This document shows positions 1 to 7,772 of a stretch of 64,000 nucleotides of DNA, one piece after another. A model generated the notes under the pieces. The model worked only from the letters and a program-made list of their open reading frames with translations, had not been told where the DNA came from and made no database searches. The position numbers were made by a program, and so were the translations under genes. Each line of letters begins with the position of its first letter. Position 1 is the stretch's first letter. Source of the stretch: Acidimicrobiales bacterium (GTDB lineage Bacteria; Actinomycetota; Acidimicrobiia; Acidimicrobiales; AC-9); the NCBI GenBank assembly GCA_036491125.1, contig DASXCO010000181.1, positions 8,486 through 72,485 on the forward strand, read 5' to 3'.

Positions 1-699
1 GTCCTCGAGGACGACGGCGGCGGAGCCCTCGGCCATGAGGAACCCGTCCCGCCGGGCATCGAACGGCCGGGAGATGCCGATCTGGGAGAGGGCGGTCGTG
101 TTGGTCAGGGCGGCAACAGCGGGGTCGATCATGGCTCCCTCCGCGCCGCCCGCCAGCATGACCTCGCAGCGGCCGCTCGCCACGAGGCGCGCCGCGTTGG
201 CGACGGCGTGGGTCCCCGTCGCACAGGCGGTGGAGATCGTCTCGCACGGGCCCCGCCACCCGGTCCGCATGGACACCAGGGCCGAGCCGGCGTTGAGCAT
301 CATCATGGGTACCAGGAAGGGGGAGACACGATCCGAGCCGCGGTCCCGCTCGACGACGAACTGGGTCTCGAGGGTCTCGATGCCCCCCGCGCCGGTACCC
401 ATGACGACGCCCGCCCGGTCGGGGTCGACATCGACGGCGCCGGCGTCCTCGACGGCCATGGCCGCCGCCGCCACGGTCAGCTGGCCGAACCGGTCGACCC
501 GGCGGACCTCCTTTGGACCGAGCCACAGGGACGGATCGAAGCCGACGACGCGGCGCTCGCCCGTCGGCGCGGGGCCGCACAGGCCGTCCCAGAAGGCGTC
601 CTTCCCGAGTCCGCAGCAGGAGACGACCCCCAGTCCGGTGATCGCCACCCGTCGGGCGGTCACCTCATGGGCTCCGGCCTCACCCCACACCAATCGCAT
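1..699 (-). CDS. fabF: 3-oxoacyl-ACP synthase II (KAS II, FabF/KasA-like), N-terminal ~230 aa; rest of gene lies left of the window
   Basis: Own reverse-strand translation from ATG 699 (GTG 663 is an alternative start): ..RRVAITGLGVVSCCGLGKDAFWDGL..VVMGTGAGGIETLETQF..SPFLVPMMMLNAGSALVSMRTGWRGPCETISTACATGTHAV..MLAGGAEG.. The STACATG active-site Cys region is the KAS II signature. Absent from the ORF track because it has no stop inside the window. Confidence 0.8.
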   Translation of the reverse strand, partial: MRLVWGEAGAHEVTARRVAITGLGVVSCCGLGKDAFWDGLCGPAPTGERRVVGFDPSLWLGPKEVRRVDRFGQLTVAAAAMAVEDAGAVDVDPDRAGVVMGTGAGGIETLETQFVVERDRGSDRVSPFLVPMMMLNAGSALVSMRTGWRGPCETISTACATGTHAVANAARLVASGRCEVMLAGGAEGAMIDPAVAALTNTTALSQIGISRPFDARRDGFLMAEGSAAVVLED

Positions 700-787
700 C
701 AGGGCGCCACCTTAGAGCGGACGGCGGCGTCTCCGGCCCCGTCGCCGCCTCTGACCGAGTCGCGGGGAGGCGGCAGCAGGGGGCAGG

Positions 788-1087
788 TCAGTGCTCGTCC
801 CAGTGGCCGTCGTGGGCCGCGTGCCGGTGCTCGCCATGGACGAAATCGGTGTGGTCGTCGTGGGCGACGGCGGCGTGGCCACAGCCCTCACCGTGGGTAT
901 GGTCGTGACTGTCGTGGGTCACGTGGACGGCGGGGACGCACTCGTCCCAGTGCCCGCCGTGGTCCCGGTGGACGTGGCCGTCGTGGAGGTAATCGGTGTG
1001 GTCGTCATGAAGGACTGCGACGTGCCCGCAGCTCACGCCGTGGGCGTGCTCGTGACTGCCGTGGGTCTGGTGGTTGTCAGCGGTCAT
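788..1087 (-). CDS. small His/Cys-rich putative metal-binding protein (99 aa, two-fold internal repeat)
   Basis: Track ORF 788..1321 trimmed to ATG 1087 (GGAGG 10 nt upstream; ATGA overlap with the stop of the upstream ArsR gene). 27 His in 99 aa. The unit HG-x2-CGH-x-AV-x-HDDHTD[YF]-x-H-x2-H-x-H-x2-H-x-GHWDE occurs twice. Confidence 0.75.
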   Translation of the reverse strand: MTADNHQTHGSHEHAHGVSCGHVAVLHDDHTDYLHDGHVHRDHGGHWDECVPAVHVTHDSHDHTHGEGCGHAAVAHDDHTDFVHGEHRHAAHDGHWDEH

Positions 1088-1455
1088 GGGTGATGAACCT
1101 CCGTTGTGGGATCTGACTGGGTAGAGCTCCGGTGGCCGGGCTCTGTGCCGTGGGTGATGGCGTCGTGAGCGATGTGGGCGACGTGGTCGTCCGCCAGGGT
1201 GTAGACGGTCTCCTTGCCCTGGCGGGCGGCGGTGACCAGTCCGGTGCCGCGCAGCACCCTGAGGTGCTGTGAGGCGAGGGACGGCGAGATGCCGAGGTCG
1301 TCGACCAGCTCGTGCACGCACCGAGGGCGCTCGGCCAGCAGCAGGACGATCGCCAGGCGATGAGGCGTGCCGAGGGCCCGGAGCAGATCGCAGCCCTTGG
1401 CGAGGGCCGTGTCATCCGGCGCGACGCTGCGAGGCGTCACCGGGCTCGCTGTCAT
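1084..1455 (-). CDS. ArsR/SmtB-family metal-sensing transcriptional repressor
   Basis: 123-aa ORF with winged HTH CDLLRALGTPHRLAIVLLLAERPRCVHELVDDLGISPSLASQHLRVLRGTGLV. C-terminal DDHVAHIAHDAITHGTE fits the alpha5 metal-site spacing D-x-H-x10-H-x2-E of SmtB/CzrA-type sensors. Confidence 0.9.
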   Translation of the reverse strand: MTASPVTPRSVAPDDTALAKGCDLLRALGTPHRLAIVLLLAERPRCVHELVDDLGISPSLASQHLRVLRGTGLVTAARQGKETVYTLADDHVAHIAHDAITHGTEPGHRSSTQSDPTTEVHHP

Positions 1456-1461
1456 GTCAAC

Positions 1462-1490
1462 AGTTTAGCGATTGTTCAAACGTTTGTCCA
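1462..1490 (-). promoter_or_regulatory. candidate sigma70-type promoter plus operator of the arsR-like operon (leaderless transcript predicted)
   Basis: AT-rich island in GC-rich DNA. On the minus strand: TGGACA (1490-1485), 17 nt, TAAACT (1467-1462), 6 nt, ATG (1455). The perfect 10-bp palindrome CAAACGTTTG (1477-1486) lies in the spacer at the -35 edge. Confidence 0.45.
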
Positions 1491-1525
1491 TGACGGCGGC
1501 CCGAGCAGGCCGGGGACCGAGGTCG

Positions 1526-1966
1526 TCAGCTGGCGACGGGATCGAGGATGACGAGCGGGATCTCCCGGTCGGTGCCCTGCTGGTACTTGTCGTAGTCCGG
1601 CCATACCGCAGTGGCTCGAGGCCACCACTCGGCCTTCTCGGCCGGCGTCGCCGTGTGGGCGCTGTAGTCCTTGAGGTCGGGGCCGTCCTGAAGGCTCACG
1701 GTCGGACTGGCAACCAGGTTGAGGTACCAGACCGGGTGCTTGGGCGCCCCGCCCATGGAGGCAACTACTGCGTACTGGTCGCCGCGCCGGATCCGCATGA
1801 GCGGGTTCTTGCGGATGGCGCCGCTGTGGCGACCGCGTGTCCACAGAACGACGCACGGCTTGCCCTCCAGCTCGGCGCCCTCCTGGCCGCCCGTCCGCTC
1901 GTAGGTGTCCACCTGGTCAGCGACGGGCTCCCAGGCGCTCGGCTCGTACTTTCCCTCCAGAGTCAT
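1526..1966 (-). CDS. deazaflavin (F420)-dependent nitroreductase-family oxidoreductase (Ddn-like)
   Basis: Track ORF 1526..2137 trimmed to ATG 1966 (MTLEGKYEPS..). GKPCVVLWTRGRHSGAIRKNPLMRI..YAVVASMGGAPKHPVWYLNLVASPTVSLQDG matches the Ddn-family split-barrel pattern. Confidence 0.8.
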   Translation of the reverse strand: MTLEGKYEPSAWEPVADQVDTYERTGGQEGAELEGKPCVVLWTRGRHSGAIRKNPLMRIRRGDQYAVVASMGGAPKHPVWYLNLVASPTVSLQDGPDLKDYSAHTATPAEKAEWWPRATAVWPDYDKYQQGTDREIPLVILDPVAS

Positions 1967-1997
1967 GCGGACCTGTCTACCACCACGACCCGTTCGT

Positions 1998-2384
1998 CTA
2001 GCGCGAGAACGGTGTCTCCGGTGTGGCTTGTCGCTCACCGTCGATCGTGAGGTCGACTCGCTCGTTGAAGAAGCACAGAAGCCCGGCGACGCCCTCCGCC
2101 TGAGGGATGGGAGACTCGTAGCTCCACACGATGTCATCGTGCACCTCGCCGCCGACCTCGAGCGACCAGTACGACGCCTGGCCCTTGAACGGGCAGGTCG
2201 TCTCGGTGCTGGTGGGCCGGAGCAGCTCGGTGCGCACGTCCTGGCGGGGAAGGTAGTACCGCGTGGGCAAGCCGGTCTCCTCGAGGAGAACCGGGTGCTG
2301 CGAGTCGGCGACCGTCTCGCCGCCGACTGCGATCTCGACGTGGAGATCGGCAGGCGTGATCGTGATCTGGTGACCCTGTGTCAT
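1998..2384 (-). CDS. DUF427 domain protein
   Basis: 128-aa ORF. ..TRYYLPRQDV..TTCPFKGQASYWSLEV..VWSYESPIPQAEGVAGLLCFFNERVDLTIDG resembles the DUF427 pattern. High GC3. Confidence 0.7.
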   Translation of the reverse strand: MTQGHQITITPADLHVEIAVGGETVADSQHPVLLEETGLPTRYYLPRQDVRTELLRPTSTETTCPFKGQASYWSLEVGGEVHDDIVWSYESPIPQAEGVAGLLCFFNERVDLTIDGERQATPETPFSR

Positions 2385-2436
2385 GGTTCAGGCAACGGCT
2401 CAGAGTCCGCCGGCATTCCGGCGGGCCTCGGGGGAC

Positions 2437-2979
2437 TCAGGATAACCCTTTGGTCATGTCCAGCACGGCAGTCACCGTGCGCCAGTTCCGCACGGTGATC
2501 GGGGTGGCGAGGATCCGGTCGAGGCCGTTGAGCACCTTGCTCTGACCGATGCCGTTCGGGGCCCAGATGTAGATCTCGCGGCCCCTGTGGTGGAGCACAT
2601 CGGGTGGCGACCGGTGCGGATCGAGCGCCGCGATGGCGCGTTGGTCGGGAACGGCCTCCAGGAAGCCGACGTGCAACTGTCTCCCATGGTCGACCCCCGG
2701 CTGGAGGAACGGGTTCTTGGCCGCCACCTCGACCATCTGGCTGGCGCTTCGCACGATGACACCGACGTCGAGCCCGAAGGTGTCGCTCACGTGCTGGCGG
2801 ACGTCGGCTGCGACCCCCTTCTCCTGGAGCCTGCTGCGCAGGACGACGTTGCCGCTCTGCACGTACGTCTGGACGTCACGGTGGCCGCTCGAGGTCAGCA
2901 CCTGGCGCAGAGTTCCCATGGCAACCCGGTTGCGCCCCGCCAGGTTGATGCCCCGTAGCAGCACGACGTAGGTCGGCAC
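2437..2979 (-). CDS. DUF1697 domain protein
   Basis: Track ORF 2437..3645 trimmed to GTG 2979 (VPTYVVLLRGINLAGRNRVAM..). The LLRGIN.gG.n...M N-terminus and ~180-aa size are typical of DUF1697. The upstream 220 codons of the track ORF are Arg/Pro/Ser-rich shadow sequence. Confidence 0.75.
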   Translation of the reverse strand: MPTYVVLLRGINLAGRNRVAMGTLRQVLTSSGHRDVQTYVQSGNVVLRSRLQEKGVAADVRQHVSDTFGLDVGVIVRSASQMVEVAAKNPFLQPGVDHGRQLHVGFLEAVPDQRAIAALDPHRSPPDVLHHRGREIYIWAPNGIGQSKVLNGLDRILATPITVRNWRTVTAVLDMTKGLS

Positions 2980-3035
2980 CTCGGCATACTGCCACCTTCC
3001 CGGGCACCGTCCCCGGGTGCCACGGGCCGCCCCGC

Positions 3036-3374
3036 GTGGCCCAGCCGATGATTCCCGGTGCCGGGCGTCGTCGTAGCAGTGTGGCGCAGCGACACCGGGA
3101 CGCGATGGTCGTGCTCGCCCGCGACGACGTGGAGCTGGCAACCTGGCCGTTTTGGTGGTGGGGTCGCCCGGGCCTCGAAGCCGTGGACGAGCTGGCGCGG
3201 CTGCAGCTCGTCGCCACACGCCTGGGCTGCTCGATCCGCCTGCGCACTGCCTGCGACGAGCTTTGCGACCTGCTGGACCTGGTCGGCCTGAGCGACCTCC
3301 TGCTCGGAGACATCGGCCGAGTGGCCCGGACGGACGGGGACGCCGAGGGCGGTAACGAGATCGGACCTCCCTAG
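3036..3374 (+). CDS. small STAS-like protein (anti-sigma-antagonist fold, C-terminal half recognisable)
   Basis: 112-aa ORF hidden under two long spurious minus-strand ORFs, with high GC3. ..GLEAVDELARLQLVATRLGCSIRLRTACDELCDLLDLVGLSDLL resembles small actinobacterial STAS proteins as I remember them. The N-terminal ~45 aa are atypical. GTG 3036 or ATG 3048 start. Confidence 0.4.
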   Translation: MAQPMIPGAGRRRSSVAQRHRDAMVVLARDDVELATWPFWWWGRPGLEAVDELARLQLVATRLGCSIRLRTACDELCDLLDLVGLSDLLLGDIGRVARTDGDAEGGNEIGPP

Positions 3375-3391
3375 CCGAGGAACCGAGGTAG

Positions 3392-4804
3392 CTAACCCGG
3401 GTGGAGGCTCGGAGGCCGGGCCTCGGTGGTCGCCGACGGGCGGACCCGAGCCCGCCAGCTGGCGTAGGCGGGGACGAGGGCGACCGACGCCAGCACGACC
3501 AGGGACGGCTCGGCCTCGACTCTGAGGCGCGTCTGTCCGTAGGACGCGAAGGTGCTCGCGGTGACGATGACCGCAGGGACGACGAGGGGCCAGACTCCGG
3601 CGCGGCGGCGCCACAGGACGACGACGCCCCCGATCGCGAGCGCAAGCAGCGGATAGAAGAAGGCGAGGCCCAATCCCGTCACCCACTGTGGGCGACCCTC
3701 GTTCTCGTTCCACTGCAGCATGTCGAGCGGACGGAACAGGCTCCAGTCGCGACCGATACGGGCCGCGCTGACGACGACCAGGCGTTGCAGGTGGCCCTTC
3801 ATGTAGTGGATGCCCTCGCCCCGGTAGATCCTGGAGACGGTTGACTCGTCGCCCGCAGGCGGGATGCGGGGCAGACAGACGCCCGGTGCGTCGACCACGA
3901 GCCCCAGACCGTAACCGTGGTAGGCGGCGTCGCAGTTCGACGCCAGGAGTGTGGCCCCGTCGTTGGTCGAGATGAACGTGGCCGTCTGGAAGCGGCTCAG
4001 GTTGTAGGCGACCCAGGGCGCCATCACCAGGCCGGCGGCGACGAGGATCGCCCCGGCTCGGGCCAGACGCCTGCGCATGGTCGCCCGGTGCTTCGGCAGG
4101 ACGAACCAGACGGCGAGGAGAGGGGCGAGCAGGACCAGCTCCGCCCGGGCGAGTGTGGCCAGTCCGCAGACGGCACCAAGCCCGACAGCGGTCAGGAGAC
4201 GGGGCCGCCTCGCCAACCGGTACGCCAGCAGCATGGCGATGACAACGGTGAGAGCGGTCAATGTCTCTGACATGATGAGCCCGTCGTTGACCCAGAGGTT
4301 CGGGTAGACGGCGGCGATGGCGGCGGCGAGAAGTCCCACCCTGGTGCCGGCGATCTCCCGGCCGAGCAGGCCGACGAGCAGCACCGCGGCCGACCCGAGC
4401 ACGACCATCGTGAACCGCATGGCGAGGGCGCTGCCACCGGTGGCCCAGGCGACCGGAGTCAGCACCAGGACCGTGAGCGGTGGGTGCACCGCTGTGGGAA
4501 GCAGCGGTGTGTTGGGGTGAGTGAGCGCCTGGAACGGGTCGGTGAACCCGTGCCCCGTCGCCACCTGCTGCGCCTCGAGCTGGTAGAAGACGGCGTCGTA
4601 GAAGTGCCTGTCGTAGCGGGACACGCCGAGCACGAAGGCGGTGCGCACCCCGAAGGCCACGACCACGATGAGCAGCAGGGCGGTGAAAAATCGTCGGGAC
4701 CCGTCGGGGACCCGTGCAGCGAGGCTGCCTCGGACCCTCGATGGCAGCCGTCCGGTTCGTGTCGGGCGGACCTGATCGTGTTGGCCAGTGGCGGGAGGAG
4801 GCAT
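3392..4804 (-). CDS. GT-C fold membrane glycosyltransferase (GT39/GT83, PMT_2/ArnT-like)
   Basis: About 470 aa with 10 or more hydrophobic segments and a soluble loop. This is the typical polyprenyl-phosphate-sugar dependent transferase architecture. Start set to ATG 4804 (GGAG 4 nt upstream); GTG 4837 is possible. Confidence 0.75.
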   Translation of the reverse strand: MPPPATGQHDQVRPTRTGRLPSRVRGSLAARVPDGSRRFFTALLLIVVVAFGVRTAFVLGVSRYDRHFYDAVFYQLEAQQVATGHGFTDPFQALTHPNTPLLPTAVHPPLTVLVLTPVAWATGGSALAMRFTMVVLGSAAVLLVGLLGREIAGTRVGLLAAAIAAVYPNLWVNDGLIMSETLTALTVVIAMLLAYRLARRPRLLTAVGLGAVCGLATLARAELVLLAPLLAVWFVLPKHRATMRRRLARAGAILVAAGLVMAPWVAYNLSRFQTATFISTNDGATLLASNCDAAYHGYGLGLVVDAPGVCLPRIPPAGDESTVSRIYRGEGIHYMKGHLQRLVVVSAARIGRDWSLFRPLDMLQWNENEGRPQWVTGLGLAFFYPLLALAIGGVVVLWRRRAGVWPLVVPAVIVTASTFASYGQTRLRVEAEPSLVVLASVALVPAYASWRARVRPSATTEARPPSLHPG

Positions 4805-4895
4805 CGTCTCCGTTCTGCTGGCAGCTGTGGCCCGCACGCCAATACGGGCGGCAGGACCCTATCAACCTGCCCGAGGCCAGGGCTATCCTCTCGCC

Positions 4896-5645
4896 GTGTA
4901 CCGTCAGCTCTCAGTGGTGCTGGTCGTGCCAGTGCTCGACGAGGCGGGGAAGATCGGTGAGGTCGTGCGACGTGCGCCCCGCGCGATCGTCGACGAGGTT
5001 GTCGTCGTGGACGATGGATCCACGGATGGGTCCCGTGAGGAGGCCGCCGCCGGAGGCGCCAACGTCATCGAGCTGGGCAGCACCCAGGGAGTCGGCGCCG
5101 CCCTCCGGATCGGCTTCGAGCACGTCCTGGCGAGCGGCGCGGACGCCGCCGTCGTGGCCGCCGGCAACAACAAGGACGCGCCCGAGGAGATCCCGACGCT
5201 GCTCGACCCGATCGCCGATGACCGAGCCGACCTCGTGCAGGGCTCCCGGTTCCTGAGCGCAGGGGCGAGCCTGGGGGACATGCCGGGCTATCGACGGGTC
5301 GCCGTGAGGCTCCACTCGCACCTCTTCTCCCGTCTCGCCGGCTGTCGGGTCACCGACTCGACGAACGGCTTCCGGGCCATCCGCACGAGTGTGCTTCGTG
5401 ACCCGAACCTCGAGCTCGACCGGTCGTGGCTCGATGCCTACGAGCTCGAGCCGTACCTCCTCCTCCGCGCCATCAAGCTGGGCTATCGATTCCTGGAGGC
5501 CCCCGTCACCAAGGTCTATCCCGACCGAGCGCTCGGTCAGACGAAGATGCGCCCAGTTGTCGACTGGTGGTCGATCCTCCGGCCGCTGGCGGTCGCTGCC
5601 ATCGGGGGTGAGCGGCTGTCGCGCCGCTACTATTCGAAGGGATGA
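4896..5645 (+). CDS. GT2 family glycosyltransferase (polyprenyl-phosphate sugar synthase, ArnC/Dpm1-like)
   Basis: LSVVLVVPVLDEAGKIGEVV..VVVVDDGSTDGS..VQGSRF..TDSTNGFRA are GT-A/GT2 motifs. Start moved to GTG 4896 because codons 4788-4895 have poor GC3 and would overlap the divergent gene. Confidence 0.8.
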   Translation: MYRQLSVVLVVPVLDEAGKIGEVVRRAPRAIVDEVVVVDDGSTDGSREEAAAGGANVIELGSTQGVGAALRIGFEHVLASGADAAVVAAGNNKDAPEEIPTLLDPIADDRADLVQGSRFLSAGASLGDMPGYRRVAVRLHSHLFSRLAGCRVTDSTNGFRAIRTSVLRDPNLELDRSWLDAYELEPYLLLRAIKLGYRFLEAPVTKVYPDRALGQTKMRPVVDWWSILRPLAVAAIGGERLSRRYYSKG

Positions 5646-6688
5646 TCGACATCGGCGTGGTGGGCGCCGGCCATTGGGGACCCAATCTCATTCGCAGCTT
5701 CCAGGACCTCCCCGGGAGTCGGGTGGTGTGGGTGATCGATCACGACCGTCGACGCCTCGATGAGGTCCAGGGGCGTTACCCCGGAGTCAGGGTCGGGGAC
5801 GATCCGGTTGCCGCCCTCCCAGACGTTGACGCCCTCGTGGTGGCCACGCCGGCGACGAGCCATTTCGCGCTCGCCCACCTCGCACTCTCGGCGGGCAAGG
5901 ACGTATTGATCGAAAAGCCGATGACAATGGGCATCGGCGACGCGGAGGAGCTCTGCCGGCTGGCGCGGTCGTCCGGCAACGTCCTCATGGTGAGCCACCT
6001 CTTCCTCTACGCGCGGGCCGTTCAGTGGGTGCGCGACTACCTCTGGGCCGGACAGCTCGGATCCGTCTACCACCTCACCATGGTGCGCAACAATCTCGGC
6101 CCGGTCCGGGACGACGCCAACGCCGCCTGGGATCTGGCGGCCCACGACATCTCGATCGCGAACTACTGGCTCAAGGCCGTGCCCATCGCCGTCTCGGCTG
6201 TCGGAGGCAAGTGGATCAACCCCTGCGTCGAAGACGCCGTCTTCGTCACCATGCGCTATCCAGACGATGTTCTCGTCAATCTGCACGCCTCCTGGCTCAG
6301 CCCCCGCAAGGTGCGGGATATCACGGTGGTCGGGAGCCAACGGATGCTGACCCTCGACGACATGAATCTCACCGAGCCAGTGAGGGTATACGACAAGCGG
6401 GTGCTCGATGGGGGCGAACGGAGCAGGGGTGTCGTCGACACCTTCGCTTCCTTCCGGGCCAGCATCCGCGAAGGAGACATCTCCATTCCTCGGATCACCC
6501 TGGAGGAGCCGCTCAAGACCGAGTGCATGCACTTCCTCGAATGTGTCGTGAAGCGGACAGAGCCGATCACGAGCGGACGTCAGGGGACGAGCGTCGTCCG
6601 AGTCCTGGAGGCGATCGATCGTTCCCTGCAGGACGAGGGCAGAGAAGCGGTGCTCGAGGTGGAACGGGTTGACAGTCCCGCTGGTTGA
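5642..6688 (+). CDS. Gfo/Idh/MocA family NAD-dependent sugar oxidoreductase (WbpB/GnnA-like 3-oxidase)
   Basis: MIDIGVVGAGHWGPNLIRSF Rossmann start and EKPM motif (LIEKPMT). ATGA overlap with the GT2 stop. Operon context with an aminotransferase and an acetyltransferase. Confidence 0.85.
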   Translation: MIDIGVVGAGHWGPNLIRSFQDLPGSRVVWVIDHDRRRLDEVQGRYPGVRVGDDPVAALPDVDALVVATPATSHFALAHLALSAGKDVLIEKPMTMGIGDAEELCRLARSSGNVLMVSHLFLYARAVQWVRDYLWAGQLGSVYHLTMVRNNLGPVRDDANAAWDLAAHDISIANYWLKAVPIAVSAVGGKWINPCVEDAVFVTMRYPDDVLVNLHASWLSPRKVRDITVVGSQRMLTLDDMNLTEPVRVYDKRVLDGGERSRGVVDTFASFRASIREGDISIPRITLEEPLKTECMHFLECVVKRTEPITSGRQGTSVVRVLEAIDRSLQDEGREAVLEVERVDSPAG

Positions 6689-7772
6689 CCTGCGAGCGGA
6701 GCACGACGAGATCGCCGACGAGGTTCGTCGAGGATGGGCGCTGGTCATCGATCGCACGGCCTTCATCCTCGGCGAGGAGGGGAAGGCATTCGAGTCCGAG
6801 CTCGCCGGCTTCACCGGAGTCCGCCACTGCGTAGCGGTCGCCAACGGCACCGACGCCCTCGAGATCGCCCTGCGCGCGTGCCGTATCGGCCCCGGCGACG
6901 AGGTCATCGTTCCCGCCAACTCCTTCGTCGCCAGCGCATTGGCGGTGCTCCGGGCCGGCGCCACCCCCGTCCTCGCCGACGTCGACTCCGAGACACTCCT
7001 CGTCGATGCCGAGCACGCGGCTCGACACACCGGACCCCGGACACGGGCCATCATGCCGGTCCATCTGCACGGGCACGTCGCGCCCGTCGCCGAGCTTCGG
7101 CGCCTGGCCGACGAGGTGGGCGCCGTTCTCATCGAGGATGCCGCCCAGGCCCACGGGGCGGCGCGGGGCGACACCAGGGTCGGGGCGGCGGGCGCCATGA
7201 CAGCGATGAGCTTCTACCCGGCGAAGAACCTCGGCGCCTATGGTGACGCCGGCGCCGTGCTCACGGGCTCCGACGAGCTGGCAACGAGTGCCCGCGCCCT
7301 GCGCAACTACGGCAGCGAAGCTCGCCACGAGCACGACGAGCAGGGGTTCAACTCCCGTCTCGACGAGCTTCAAGCCGTTGTCCTCCGGGCCAAGCTCCGC
7401 CGCCTGACCCGCTGGAACCAGGCCCGGCGGGAGGCCGCCAGCCGGTACGACCTGCTCCTCGCCGACCTCGAGAAGGTGCGGAGACCTTCGGGGGCCGACG
7501 TTGACGGCTCCGTCTGGCACCTCTACGTGGTGCGGGTGCCGGACCGTGACAAGGTCCTGGGCCGGCTCAACGAGGCGGGCATCGGCGCTGGCGTCCACTA
7601 CCGGACGCCCATCCACCTCCAGGGCTTCGCCGGGCCCCTCGGTTACGAGAAGGGTGACTTTCCGGTCGCCGAGGCCGCGTGCGAGGAGATCCTGTCGCTG
7701 CCGCTGTTCCCGAGGATCACGCTGGAGCAGCAGGAGCGAGTCGTCGACGAGCTGGATCGCGCCCTGCGATGA
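6669..7772 (+). CDS. DegT/DnrJ/EryC1/StrS family PLP-dependent sugar aminotransferase
   Basis: VPLVDLRAEHDEI.., ANGTDALEIAL, IEDAAQAHGA and SFYPAKNLGAYGDAG (PLP lysine) are family signatures. TTG 6669 start (GAGGTGGA upstream) overlaps the previous gene by 20 nt. Confidence 0.9.
   Translation: MTVPLVDLRAEHDEIADEVRRGWALVIDRTAFILGEEGKAFESELAGFTGVRHCVAVANGTDALEIALRACRIGPGDEVIVPANSFVASALAVLRAGATPVLADVDSETLLVDAEHAARHTGPRTRAIMPVHLHGHVAPVAELRRLADEVGAVLIEDAAQAHGAARGDTRVGAAGAMTAMSFYPAKNLGAYGDAGAVLTGSDELATSARALRNYGSEARHEHDEQGFNSRLDELQAVVLRAKLRRLTRWNQARREAASRYDLLLADLEKVRRPSGADVDGSVWHLYVVRVPDRDKVLGRLNEAGIGAGVHYRTPIHLQGFAGPLGYEKGDFPVAEAACEEILSLPLFPRITLEQQERVVDELDRALR

Noticed and set aside
788-1321. 177-aa version of the His-rich ORF
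   Set aside because: Its first 78 codons overlap the ArsR gene in another frame and are Arg/Pro-rich. An ATG with a GGAGG and an ATGA junction sits exactly at the ArsR stop.
2895-4865. 656-aa minus-strand ORF, together with the 402-aa form of 2437..3645
   Set aside because: Both are Arg/Pro/Gly/Ser-rich low-complexity translations. They run in alternative frames of the real GT-C gene (3392..4804) and across the STAS-like gene. This is typical of shadow ORFs in ~70% GC DNA. The recognisable DUF1697 sequence only begins at GTG 2979.
5630-7616. Long antisense ORFs 5630..7198 (522 aa) and 6567..7616 (349 aa)
   Set aside because: They lie opposite the Gfo/Idh/MocA and DegT genes, which have unambiguous family motifs. 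The antisense translations have no motifs and a skewed Arg/Pro/Ala composition.
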